Below are positions 52,211 to 64,000 of a DNA stretch of 64,000 nucleotides, one piece after another. How positions within the stretch are numbered: position 1 is the first letter of the stretch; every line of letters begins with the position of its first letter. Both the position numbers and the translations under genes were made by a program. The notes beneath the pieces are model-generated. The model worked only from the letters and a program-made list of their open reading frames with translations, searched no databases and was not told the DNA's origin. Source of the DNA: an uncultured Spirochaetales bacterium (GTDB lineage Bacteria; Myxococcota_A; UBA9160; SMWR01). The stretch is taken from contig CAZUYC010000136.1 of assembly GCA_964624475.1 (NCBI GenBank), positions 4,040 through 68,039 of the forward strand, written 5' to 3'.

Positions 52211-53353
52211 TCAGGCGGGCAGCCGGAAGGCGGGCGCGTCGGCCGTCTCGCCCACGCCGGCGCGGGCGATCAGCTGATCCTGGATGGGGACGTGGCGCTT
52301 GAGCTCGGGCATGACCTCGCCCGCGAAGAGCCGGAGGCTCGCCTCCGCCACGTCGTAGGGCATGCCCGCGTAGCTGAAGACCCCGACGAAAGCCTCTCCG
52401 CCGGTTCGCCGCTGCACGTCCACGATCTTCGCGTAGCACTGCTCCGGCGTGCCCCACACCTGCAGACCGAGGAAGAAGTCCACCAGCTCGTCGACACCGC
52501 CCGGACGCGTGGCCCGCTCCTGCATCGACTTGTACGCCTCGTAGCCGCGCAGCTTCGTCAGGTGGTCTCCCACCAGCTCGTAGTGCCGCACCACCGAGCG
52601 CCAGTAGTCCCCGATGTACCTTCGGGCCATCTCCTCGGCGCGGTCGCCGCTCTCGTCGCAGAAGGTCCAGCCCGCCACGATCGGCGGCGGCGCGTCGATG
52701 CCGTTGGTCTCGCGGTAGACGGAGCGGTAGGTGTCGAGCTCGGCCACCACCATCTCCCAGGGCTTCTGCGGGATGATCAGCAGGCCGACTCCCAGCCGCG
52801 CCATGATGACGGACGACTCCGGCGAGACGGCGGCGGCGTAGGTGCGGCCCCGGAAGGACTTGAAGGGCCTCGGGCGGATCTCCCGGCGCTCCTGCTGGAC
52901 GAGGCGGCCCTCGAACTCGCAGACGCCGCGTTCCAGACCCTCGAGGATCATCTGGGCGGCCTCGACGAAGAACTCCCGACTGTCCTCCTGCCGCACCCCG
53001 AAGCCGTCGAACTCGACGCGCCCGAGGCCCCGGCCGATGCCGAGGATGAATCGGCCGTTCGACAGGTGATCGAGCATCACGACCTGCTCCGCGACCCGCA
53101 TCGGGTGGTGCCACGGCAGCACCACGACCATGGAGCCGAGCTGGATCCTCTGGGTGCGTCCGGCGCACCAGGTCAGGTACTGCAGGACGTCCGGGCACAT
53201 CGTGTAGTCGGTGAAGTGGTGCTCGACGCCCCAGATCGACTCGAAGCCCAGGGGCTCCGCCAGGTCGCCGAGGCGCAGCTCGTTGCGGTACACGTTGCGA
53301 TCGGTGCGCCCGTCGCCCATGCCCTGGAAGATGACCGCCATTCCCACGTGCAT
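52211..53353 (-). CDS. Luciferase-like (LLM class) flavin- or F420-dependent oxidoreductase
   Basis: It has ESIWGVEHHF and GRFILGIGRG, typical of LLM proteins. Confidence 0.9.
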   Translation of the reverse strand: MHVGMAVIFQGMGDGRTDRNVYRNELRLGDLAEPLGFESIWGVEHHFTDYTMCPDVLQYLTWCAGRTQRIQLGSMVVVLPWHHPMRVAEQVVMLDHLSNGRFILGIGRGLGRVEFDGFGVRQEDSREFFVEAAQMILEGLERGVCEFEGRLVQQERREIRPRPFKSFRGRTYAAAVSPESSVIMARLGVGLLIIPQKPWEMVVAELDTYRSVYRETNGIDAPPPIVAGWTFCDESGDRAEEMARRYIGDYWRSVVRHYELVGDHLTKLRGYEAYKSMQERATRPGGVDELVDFFLGLQVWGTPEQCYAKIVDVQRRTGGEAFVGVFSYAGMPYDVAEASLRLFAGEVMPELKRHVPIQDQLIARAGVGETADAPAFRLPA

Positions 53354-53471
53354 CGGGGTCGCCCCTCTCGAGATCCGAGGCGCAGGATACGCTCCCGGAG
53401 GACGCCCTGTCCAAAGCTCGGCTACGTTTCGTCGCCGCGGGTCTGCGCTTGCCGGCCGCTGCCGGGGGCTC

Positions 53472-56678
<3,207 letters not shown>

Positions 56679-57944
56679 TCAGTGGTCGTGCGCGGCGCCG
56701 GCCTTGCCGACGTCGGCCTTGAGCACGAAGCTGCCCGCCGCGGCGTAGCGGTCGCCGGCGGAGAGCCCGGAGACGACCTCCACCCACTCGCCGTCGCGGC
56801 GGCCGAGCTCCACGGGCTGGGCCTCGAAGACGCCGCCCTCGTTGCGGAAGACGACGTCCCAGTCTCGCAACCGCTGCATCGCCGAGGCCCGTACCGCCAC
56901 GGGAACCTCGGCGGCGTCGACCTCCACCTGCGCCGTGACGAAGAGGCCGGGCCGCCAGGAGCCGTCCGGGTTCGGGACCACGGCCCGCGCGAGGAGCGTC
57001 TGCGTGTTCTCGGACCCGACTGGCGAGAGATAGGAGATCGTGCTCTCGACGGGTGGGCTCCCGTCTCCCACTTCCACGAAGACCCGCTGGCCCACGCGCA
57101 GCTTCCCGAAGTCCCGGCGGTAGACCTGGAGATCCGCCCACACGGTGGAGAGGTCTGCCACGACGTAGATCTCGCGGTCATTGGCGACGAACTCGCCCGG
57201 CGCGATCCGCTTGAAGATCACGGTGCCGGCGATGCGGGAGCGCACCTCGTAGGGATGGAGGCTCGCGTTGCTCTCGATCGCGGCGAGGATCTCGTCCTTC
57301 TCCACGGCGTCGCCGAGCCGCTTGCGCACGGTCTTCGCGAGGCCCGAGAAGCGCGGCATGATGCGGGCCAGCGCGTCCTCGTTGGTCACGATGCGGCCGT
57401 TCAGCGCGATCGTGGAGCGCAGCCGGGCGGGCCCCGCCTGGCCGAGCTCGACGCCGGACGCCTCCGCGGCCTCGCGCGAGAGCGTGACGCGCCCCTCGTA
57501 GGACTCGTAGCCGAACTGGTACGAGCGACCCCCGTGGCGCGCGACCACGCGCACCTCGAAGGAGTGGGGCTCGACGACCTCGCGGTCGCCCACGAGGTAG
57601 TCTTCTCGCGGCGCGAACGAGAGCCGATCGACGCGGCCTCCGAGCCGGTGCAGCTCGACTGTGAGGTCGACGGCCGCGGCATCCAGCGGCTTCCCGTCGC
57701 GGTACGGATGGACGCGCAGCTCCGGCGGCACGCCGCGCTCGAAGATCGTCAGCTCGAGGCCGAGAGCGCCGTCCTCGAGCAGGCGCCCGCCGTGGGGTCC
57801 GCGCGCGTACGCCTCGGGCGCCTCGCCCTCCTCTTCAGCGTGGCGATCGCCCGGGGTCGCCGGTTGCCAGGCGAGGAGCAGGGCCCCGAGGGCCACCGTC
57901 GCGAGGACGATGCCCAGGACGGCGTGGGATTGTTCGACTCGCAA
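56679..57944 (-). CDS. czcB: RND periplasmic adaptor (CzcB-like membrane fusion protein)
   Basis: It has an N-terminal anchor and barrel-sandwich/beta-barrel pattern, and sits immediately upstream of czcA. The C-terminus ends in AHDH. Confidence 0.85.
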   Translation of the reverse strand: MRVEQSHAVLGIVLATVALGALLLAWQPATPGDRHAEEEGEAPEAYARGPHGGRLLEDGALGLELTIFERGVPPELRVHPYRDGKPLDAAAVDLTVELHRLGGRVDRLSFAPREDYLVGDREVVEPHSFEVRVVARHGGRSYQFGYESYEGRVTLSREAAEASGVELGQAGPARLRSTIALNGRIVTNEDALARIMPRFSGLAKTVRKRLGDAVEKDEILAAIESNASLHPYEVRSRIAGTVIFKRIAPGEFVANDREIYVVADLSTVWADLQVYRRDFGKLRVGQRVFVEVGDGSPPVESTISYLSPVGSENTQTLLARAVVPNPDGSWRPGLFVTAQVEVDAAEVPVAVRASAMQRLRDWDVVFRNEGGVFEAQPVELGRRDGEWVEVVSGLSAGDRYAAAGSFVLKADVGKAGAAHDH

Positions 57945-58056
57945 GATCGGTTCCTCCGCCCGTCACCGGCGAGCTGCCGGAGTCGCGGCGCGGGCCGAAG
58001 CGGAGCGGCGATCGTTGGAAGACGCACGGGCGACCGTGCGCCTCACGGGTCAGGAG

Positions 58057-58440
58057 TCAGGCGTGCGGAGGGGCTCGCGGGTGAGATGGGGCCGCGAGCT
58101 CGGGGCCCGCGCAGCGCGGTGCGCCCTGGGCCGCAACCGTGAGCAGTCGCTCGCCGGGGACAGCGGGTTCAGGAAAAGGGGACGGAAGCGCGGGCGGCGC
58201 GGACGGCCGAGGTGCGCGAGCGGTCACGAGCAGAGCGTCATCGAGATGGCCGTGATCCTGGGGTGCCCGATCCCCCGCTGCCCGGTGCGCCGTCTCGGCG
58301 TCGGAGGAAGCCGCTGGGATCCCGCGCGGGTGGTGGTGCCGCTCGTGTTGGTGGAGGAGCGCGTGCACCAGGCTCCAGCCGGGCGAGGCGAATGCCGCCA
58401 GAAGCAGGATCCAGGCGAGCCGGTGACGCGGGGACGACAT
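58057..58440 (-). CDS. Small His-rich exported protein candidate (CzcI/DUF2946-like context)
   Basis: This is the 3' part of track ORF 58057..60441, starting at ATG 58440. The signal-like sequence LAWILLLAAFASPGWS is followed by HALLHQHERHHHP...HGHLDD. GC3 declines in the distal half, so the extent is uncertain. Confidence 0.4.
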   Translation of the reverse strand: MSSPRHRLAWILLLAAFASPGWSLVHALLHQHERHHHPRGIPAASSDAETAHRAAGDRAPQDHGHLDDALLVTARAPRPSAPPALPSPFPEPAVPGERLLTVAAQGAPRCAGPELAAPSHPRAPPHA

Positions 58441-58487
58441 GCGACGCCAGGATAGCCCCGGTTCGGCGATCCGCTCCTCGGTGGGGA

Positions 58488-60683
58488 TCACGCTCGCAGC
58501 CGCGCGAGCCGCAGCCCGTTCACGATGACGAGGAGCGAGGCCCCCATGTCGGCGGCGATTGCGGCCCACAGGGACGCGCTTCCGAGCAACGTGAGCATCA
58601 CGAACACCGCCTTCACCCCCAGGGCCGCGGCGATGTTCTGGCGGACGACGCGCAGCGTCGCCCGCCCGTGGCTCACGAGCCAGGGGAGCCGGCGGAGGTC
58701 CTCCGACAGGAGCGCAATGTCCGCGGTCTCGATCGCGACGTCGCTGCCCGCCGCGCCCATGGCGATCCCGAAGGATGCGCGCGCCATGGCCGGTGCGTCG
58801 TTCACGCCGTCTCCGACCATGGCGACGACGGGGTAGCGACGCGCGAGCGCTTCGACGGCGGCCACCTTGTCTTCGGGCAGGAGCTCCGCCCGCACCGCCG
58901 TCAGTCCGACACGGCGGGCGACGGCGCGCGCCGCCGCCGCGTTGTCGCCCGTCAGCATCTCCATGTGCTCGACACCGAGGCGGCGTAGGGCTTCGAGGCT
59001 GTCTCTCGCCTCCGGGCGGATCTCGTCGGCGATGGCGATCAGGCCGCAGGCATGCCGCTCGTTTCCGATCGCGACCACCGAGCGACCTTCGTCGCTCATC
59101 GCGTTCGCACGGGCGTGGACCTCTTCCGTCTCCTGTCCGAGCTCCTCGAGGTAGCGATGCGAGCCGAGCCAGTACTCCCGGCCGTCGAGCCGGGCGTGCG
59201 CGCCCTTGCCCTTCAGGATCTCGAACGAAGCGGCGGGCTCGAAGGGGATCCCGCGTTCGCGCGCCGCGGCCACGATGGCGCGGGCCAGCGGATGGTCGCT
59301 GTGGATCTCCATCGCCGCCGCGCGCGCGAGCACCTCGGACTCGGAATGACCGCCGAGCCCCACAACTTCCACCACGCGTGTACGACCCTGGGTGAGCGTC
59401 CCGGTCTTGTCCAGGGCGATCGCCGCCACACGGCCGGCCGCCTCGAGGTACACGCCGCCCTTGATCAGCACGCCGTGGCGGGCGGCCGCGGTCAGGCCGG
59501 CCACGATGCTCACCGGCGTCGAGATCACGAGCGCGCAGGGGCAAGCGATCACGAGCAGGACGAGCCCCCGATAGAGCCACGCCGAGAAGGGCGCGTCGAA
59601 GAGGAGCGGCGGCACCGCCGCCACGACGAGTGCCAGCGTCATCACGACCGGCGTGTACACGCGCGCGAAGCGATCCACCCACTGCTCCGAGGGCGCGCGG
59701 CGCGCGTGCGCCTCGCCGACGAGCCGCGCGATCCGCGCCAAGGTGGTCTGCCCGGCTTCCTTGGTCACCTCCACCACGAGCGCGCCGTCTCCGTTGATCG
59801 TGCCTGCGAATACCGGAGCGCCGGGCCCCTTGTCGGCGGGGAGGCTCTCGCCCGTCACGAGGGACTCGTCCACGGCGGACTCGCCGGTCACGATGCTTCC
59901 GTCGAGCGGGATCCGCTCGCCGGGGCGCACCTGGATACGGGCGCCGATCGGGACCTGCTCCGGTGGCACGTCCACCGGCTGCGCACCGTCGCGCAGCCAG
60001 TGGGCCTGCTTCGGCGCGAGACCGAGCAGCGCCCCGAGCGCTCGCCGCGCGCGCCCGACGCTCCACGCCTCGAGCGCGAGCGAGACCGCGAACAGGAACG
60101 CGACGGCGTTGGCCTCGAACCACTCTCCGATCGCGACCGCTCCGACGACGGCGACCGCCATCAGGAGGTTCATGTCCGGCCGGAGCCGCCGCGCGGCGAG
60201 CCAGGCACGCGGGAGCACCAGCCAGAAGCCAGCGAGGATGCCGAGCGCGTAGAGCCCGCGTGCGAGCGGGGGGACCTCGTGGGCGCCCTCCGCGCCGAAT
60301 GCGGCCTCGAGCCCGCCGGCGACGAGCACGTGCACGACCGTGGCCGATGCGAGGAGCGCGCCGCTCGCCGCGGCGACCAGGGCGCGGCCGTGGCGTTGCC
60401 AGGCGCTCTCGCGCGCGGCCGCCGCCCCGCCCTCCCTCCACGGCTCGGCCCGCAGCCCCGCGCGACGCACCGCCTCGACCAGGGCTTCGGCTTCGAGTGC
60501 GCGCCCGGGGCGCACGCTGAGCTTGGAGTGGAGGAGATCGAAGGCGAGACGGTCCTCTCCGCCCACGAGCGGCGCCAGCTCACGCTTTAGCGCCGCGATC
60601 TCCTCGGCACAGTCCATCCCGTGCACGCGAAACGCGAGCTCGGCGGACCCTCCGGCTCGCTCGCCGAGCGGTCGCTTCGCCAA
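58488..60683 (-). CDS. P1B-type heavy-metal ATPase (Zn/Cd/Pb subtype signature)
   Basis: It has an HMA domain (GMDCAEE), the CPC motif in TM6, DKTGTLT, GDGVNDAP, and AADMGASLLVIVNGLRL in the last helix, as in ZntA/CadA types. The track start is a TTG at 60683. Confidence 0.95.
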   Translation of the reverse strand: MAKRPLGERAGGSAELAFRVHGMDCAEEIAALKRELAPLVGGEDRLAFDLLHSKLSVRPGRALEAEALVEAVRRAGLRAEPWREGGAAAARESAWQRHGRALVAAASGALLASATVVHVLVAGGLEAAFGAEGAHEVPPLARGLYALGILAGFWLVLPRAWLAARRLRPDMNLLMAVAVVGAVAIGEWFEANAVAFLFAVSLALEAWSVGRARRALGALLGLAPKQAHWLRDGAQPVDVPPEQVPIGARIQVRPGERIPLDGSIVTGESAVDESLVTGESLPADKGPGAPVFAGTINGDGALVVEVTKEAGQTTLARIARLVGEAHARRAPSEQWVDRFARVYTPVVMTLALVVAAVPPLLFDAPFSAWLYRGLVLLVIACPCALVISTPVSIVAGLTAAARHGVLIKGGVYLEAAGRVAAIALDKTGTLTQGRTRVVEVVGLGGHSESEVLARAAAMEIHSDHPLARAIVAAARERGIPFEPAASFEILKGKGAHARLDGREYWLGSHRYLEELGQETEEVHARANAMSDEGRSVVAIGNERHACGLIAIADEIRPEARDSLEALRRLGVEHMEMLTGDNAAAARAVARRVGLTAVRAELLPEDKVAAVEALARRYPVVAMVGDGVNDAPAMARASFGIAMGAAGSDVAIETADIALLSEDLRRLPWLVSHGRATLRVVRQNIAAALGVKAVFVMLTLLGSASLWAAIAADMGASLLVIVNGLRLARLRA

Positions 60684-61022
60684 TCAGACGCCTCCCTCGC
60701 CGCGTTCCCCGGTCGCGATGCGCACGGCCTGCTCGACGTCGCTCACGAAGATCCTGCCGTCGCCGCGCAGACCCGTGCGCGCATGCTGCTGGATCGCAAG
60801 GACCACCGTCTCCACGAGCTCGTCGCGGCACACGACCTCGACTTTGGCATGCTGCGCGAGCAGCTCGAGGTCGTCCTCGGCCCTGTGGCGCCCGGCAGAT
60901 GCGCTCCGGCCGAAGCCTTTCACCTCGACGACGCTCGCCCCCGAGAGGCCCTCGATGTGACGCAGAGCGTGCAGCACCTCGGCCAGCCGGTGGCGTTTCA
61001 CGTAGGCCTTGATCTCCTTCAT
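60684..61022 (-). CDS. PII (GlnB)-like signal protein, efflux-associated subgroup
   Basis: This is the 3' part of track ORF 60684..62270, starting at ATG 61022. It has MKEIKAYVK...VVEVKGFGR...GDGRIFVSDVEQAVRIATGERG. The T-loop is short and lacks the Tyr51-type site. Confidence 0.85.
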   Translation of the reverse strand: MKEIKAYVKRHRLAEVLHALRHIEGLSGASVVEVKGFGRSASAGRHRAEDDLELLAQHAKVEVVCRDELVETVVLAIQQHARTGLRGDGRIFVSDVEQAVRIATGERGEGGV

Positions 61023-61057
61023 TCCCGTCTCCTCTCCGCCGGCGCTCGAAGGGCTCC

Positions 61058-64000
61058 TCACCCCTCGCGCCCGGCGTCGGCCGCTCCGGCGAAGCGGCCG
61101 TAGAGCGCGGGAATCACGAGCAAGGTGAGCACCGTGGAGGTCACGAGACCTCCCACCACCACGGTCGCGAGCGGTCGCTGCACCTCGCTCCCCGTCCCGC
61201 TCGAGAAGAGCAGCGGGATCAGGCCGAGCGAGGTGATGACGGCCGTCATCAGCACGGGACGCAGGCGCAGGCACGCCCCCGTCACGCAGGCTTCGCGTAG
61301 CGCCATGCCGTCGCGCACGAGCTGGCTCAGGGTGGTGACCAGGACCATGCCGTTCAGGAGCGCGATCCCGAAGAGCGCGATGAAGCCTACCGAGGCCGGC
61401 ACCGAGAGGTTCTGCCCCGAGAGCCAGAGGCTCGTCACGCCTCCGACGAGCGCGAGGGGGATGTTGAGCAGGATCAGGATCGAGCTGCGCAGCGAGTTGA
61501 AGCTCGAGAAGAGCAGCAGGAACACCACGAGCAGGCTGATCGGCACCACCACCGCGAGGCGCTGGTTGGCCTGCTGCTGCAGCCGGAACTGCCCCCCCCA
61601 GGTCACCAGGTAGCCGGGCGGCAGCTCGACGCGCGCCTCGATCGCGCGCTGGGCTTCGGCCACGAAGGAGCCGATGTCGCGGTCCGTCACGTTGGTTTGC
61701 ACCGTGATGAAGCGCTGGTTGTTCTCCCGCGTGATCTGGCGCGGCCCCACCACCTCCTCGATCGCCGCAACTTCGGAGAGGGGCACGCGAACCTCGCCGG
61801 GCCCCGCCACCAGCACGTTCGCGATCGCCTCGGCGGTGTCGCGATACGGCTCGGCGAAGCGCACCAGGATGTCGAAGCGGCGGATGCCCTCGAAGATCTG
61901 GCCGGCGACCTCGCCGCCGACCGCCGCGCGCACCGTGCGCTGCACGTCGGCCACGTTCATGCCGTAGCGGGCCACCGCCTCGCGATCCACCCGGATCACG
62001 AGCTGCGGCGCTCCCGACACCTGGTCCACCTGCACGTCGGCCGCTCCGCGCACCTCCTGCACCACGCGCGCGATCTCGGCGGCCTTGGCGATCAGGACGT
62101 CGAGCTCGTCCCCGAAGAGCTTGATGGCGAGCTCCGCCCGCACGCCTTCCAGGAGCTCGTCGACCGTCATCGCGATGGGCTGGGTGAAGTTCGTGAGCAC
62201 GCCGGGGATCGGCCCCAGCTTGTCTCGAATCACGCGCTCGAGCTGCTCCTGCGTCTGCGCCTCGACCCACTCCTCCCTGGGACGCAGGAGGATGTACATC
62301 TCGGCGCTGTTCACCGGATCCGTGTGCGCGCCCACCTCGCCCCGGCCGATGCGCGTCACGACGCCAGTGATCTCCGGAATCGCCATCAGGCGCCGCTCCA
62401 CGATCTGCGTGACCCGCGTGCTCTCGGTGAGCGAGATCGAGGGCGCCATCGAGAGCCGCAGCACCAGCGTCCCCTCCTGGAGCTTCGGAGTGAACTCGGA
62501 GCCGAGAAAGGGAACGACGGCGACGCCCACAGCCACGAGCGCCAGCGCCAGCGCCACCGCCAGCGACGGTCGGGCGACGAAGCGACGCACCAGCGGTCGA
62601 TACACGCGAAGGAGCCAGCGGATCAGCCGTGGCTCGTGCGCCCCGTGGGCTCCGCCCTTCGGCGGGCGCATCAGGAGGTCTGCCAGGGTGGGGACGAGAA
62701 AGAACGAGAAGAGCAGCGACCCGGTCATCGCCAGCGCCACGGTGTGCGCCAGCGGCCGGAAGGTCTTCCCCTCGACCCCCTCGAGGGTGAAGAGCGGCAG
62801 GAACACCACGATGATGATGGCGATGGCGAAGCTGATCGGGCGCACGACCTCGCGGCAGGCGCGGCTCACCACGTGCAGCCGCGACTCGCCCGGGTTCTCC
62901 TCGCGCAGCATCCGGTCCACGTTCTCGACCAGCACCACGGTGCCGTCCGCCATCATGCCGATGGCGATGGCGAGGCCGCCGAGCGACATCAGGTTGGCCG
63001 AGATCCCGAGCCAGCCCATCCAGAACGTCGCGAAGAGCACCGAGAACGGGATCGAGAGCGCCACCACCACGCTCGGCCGCAGTGCCTCCAGGAAGAGGAG
63101 CAGTACGACCGCGACCAGCACGATCCCCTCGACGATCGACCGGGTGACCGTTCCCACGCAGGCTTCGACCAGCGTCTTCTGCTCGTAGTACGGGACGAGG
63201 CGCACGCCCTCGGGAAGGATGCGGTTGATCTCGCCGAGCTTCTCCTCCACGGCGCCGATCACCGTGGAGGAGTTCGCGCCGAAGAGCTTGATCACCATGC
63301 CGGACACGACTTCGGAGACACCGTTCCGCGTCTGGACGCCGCGCCGGATGGCGCCGCCGGTCGCGACGTCCGCCACCTCGTCGAGCAAGACCGGCGTACC
63401 GTCCGCGCTCTTCAGCACGATGTGCTCGAGGTCCGCGAGCCCCGTGGCGAGGCCCACCGAGCGCACGAGGTACTCCTCGGCGTTGCGCTCGATGAACTGG
63501 GCGCCGACGTTCAGGTTGTTCGCCTCGATCCGCTCGATCACCTCGCCGACGGTCAGGCCGTAGCGCAGCAGCGCCTCGGGGTGGAGGCGCACCTGGAACT
63601 GCTTCTCCCAGCCGCCGATGCCGAGCACCTCCGTCACGCCGGGTACCGTCTGGAGATGGAACTTCACCAGCCAGTCCTGGAGGGTGCGGAGCTCTTCGAG
63701 CGAGCGCGTGCCCGTGGTGTCGTCGAGGTAGTAGAAGAGGATGAGACCCATCCCGGTCGAGATCGGGCCCATGACCGGCTCGCCGAAGCCCTCGGGAATC
63801 CTCTCGCGCGCCTCCTGGAGCCGCTCGTTCAGGATCTGGCGGGCAAAGTAGATGTCGACGTCGTCCTCGAAGTAGACGTTCACCACCGAGAGGCCGAAGT
63901 TCGAGACCGAGCGCACCTCCCGGAGGCCGGGCAGGCCGTTCATGGCGGCCTCGACGGGATAGGTCACGTACTTCTCCACGTCCTCGGGCGAGAGTCCCTC
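61058..64000 (-). CDS. Second CzcA-family heavy-metal RND efflux pump (partial; N-terminus beyond window end)
   Basis: The track ORF 61058..63979 stays open to the window edge (EGLSPEDVEKYVTYPVE...). It is paralogous to 53472..56669. Confidence 0.95.
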   Translation of the reverse strand, partial: EGLSPEDVEKYVTYPVEAAMNGLPGLREVRSVSNFGLSVVNVYFEDDVDIYFARQILNERLQEARERIPEGFGEPVMGPISTGMGLILFYYLDDTTGTRSLEELRTLQDWLVKFHLQTVPGVTEVLGIGGWEKQFQVRLHPEALLRYGLTVGEVIERIEANNLNVGAQFIERNAEEYLVRSVGLATGLADLEHIVLKSADGTPVLLDEVADVATGGAIRRGVQTRNGVSEVVSGMVIKLFGANSSTVIGAVEEKLGEINRILPEGVRLVPYYEQKTLVEACVGTVTRSIVEGIVLVAVVLLLFLEALRPSVVVALSIPFSVLFATFWMGWLGISANLMSLGGLAIAIGMMADGTVVLVENVDRMLREENPGESRLHVVSRACREVVRPISFAIAIIIVVFLPLFTLEGVEGKTFRPLAHTVALAMTGSLLFSFFLVPTLADLLMRPPKGGAHGAHEPRLIRWLLRVYRPLVRRFVARPSLAVALALALVAVGVAVVPFLGSEFTPKLQEGTLVLRLSMAPSISLTESTRVTQIVERRLMAIPEITGVVTRIGRGEVGAHTDPVNSAEMYILLRPREEWVEAQTQEQLERVIRDKLGPIPGVLTNFTQPIAMTVDELLEGVRAELAIKLFGDELDVLIAKAAEIARVVQEVRGAADVQVDQVSGAPQLVIRVDREAVARYGMNVADVQRTVRAAVGGEVAGQIFEGIRRFDILVRFAEPYRDTAEAIANVLVAGPGEVRVPLSEVAAIEEVVGPRQITRENNQRFITVQTNVTDRDIGSFVAEAQRAIEARVELPPGYLVTWGGQFRLQQQANQRLAVVVPISLLVVFLLLFSSFNSLRSSILILLNIPLALVGGVTSLWLSGQNLSVPASVGFIALFGIALLNGMVLVTTLSQLVRDGMALREACVTGACLRLRPVLMTAVITSLGLIPLLFSSGTGSEVQRPLATVVVGGLVTSTVLTLLVIPALYGRFAGAADAGREG

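Noticed and set aside
60581-60629. The GMDCAEE metal-binding motif (one Cys) in the ATPase HMA domain, considered as a novel feature.
   Set aside because: From memory, CxEE-type variants of this motif recur in Zn/Cd-type P1B ATPases, so it is probably a known subtype trait. I mentioned it only within the island finding.

Overview
The window is very GC-rich (by eye, not computed), densely coded chromosomal DNA from a Gram-negative bacterium. Pal, RND efflux pumps, an ELWxxDGT-repeat protein and an IPTL-CTERM-like tail suggest a Myxococcota/deltaproteobacterium-like lineage. I support about 56 CDSs. Most long Arg/Ala-rich ORFs in the six-frame track are antisense or off-frame artefacts of the GC content, and many real genes are only the 3' portions of longer track ORFs. 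I re-derived their starts from conserved N-termini and from 4-nt stop/start overlaps.

Content, left to right:
- Housekeeping genes: carboxylesterase, M23 peptidase, mutY, Smr, aroC, cystathionine synthase/lyase, cbiX, thiC, mtnK-like kinase.
- dnaA with a low-GC upstream region (candidate oriC) but no dnaN.
- A periplasmic glycosylation-type module (two convergent YfhO paralogs, a methyltransferase, a GtrB-like GT2, another polytopic membrane protein) translationally chained to the FO (F420 chromophore) synthase genes cofG/cofH, followed by sulfite reductase.
- folB and argD.
- A 947-aa ELWxxDGT beta-propeller-type surface protein.
- An SDR/enoyl-reductase pair, a GST, and a Kazal-like secreted protein.
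- Amidase, DinG-exonuclease, a ThDP enzyme, pal, asd, thiI, yjbQ, and flavin/F420-type oxidoreductases.
- A metal-efflux island: two CzcA-type pumps, CzcB, a Zn/Cd-type P1B ATPase, and a PII-like protein.

I found no rRNA, tRNA, CRISPR array, transposase or integrase, and no clearly novel multi-gene system. The least ordinary signals are:
- A dispersed GC-rich repeat family (9 units at 5 loci) with a compensatory base-pair change.
- The cofGH-glycosylation operon chain.
- The PII-like gene inside the metal island.
- A single in-frame TAG separating two ORFs.

All functional calls come from motif-level recognition by eye. No searches were run.
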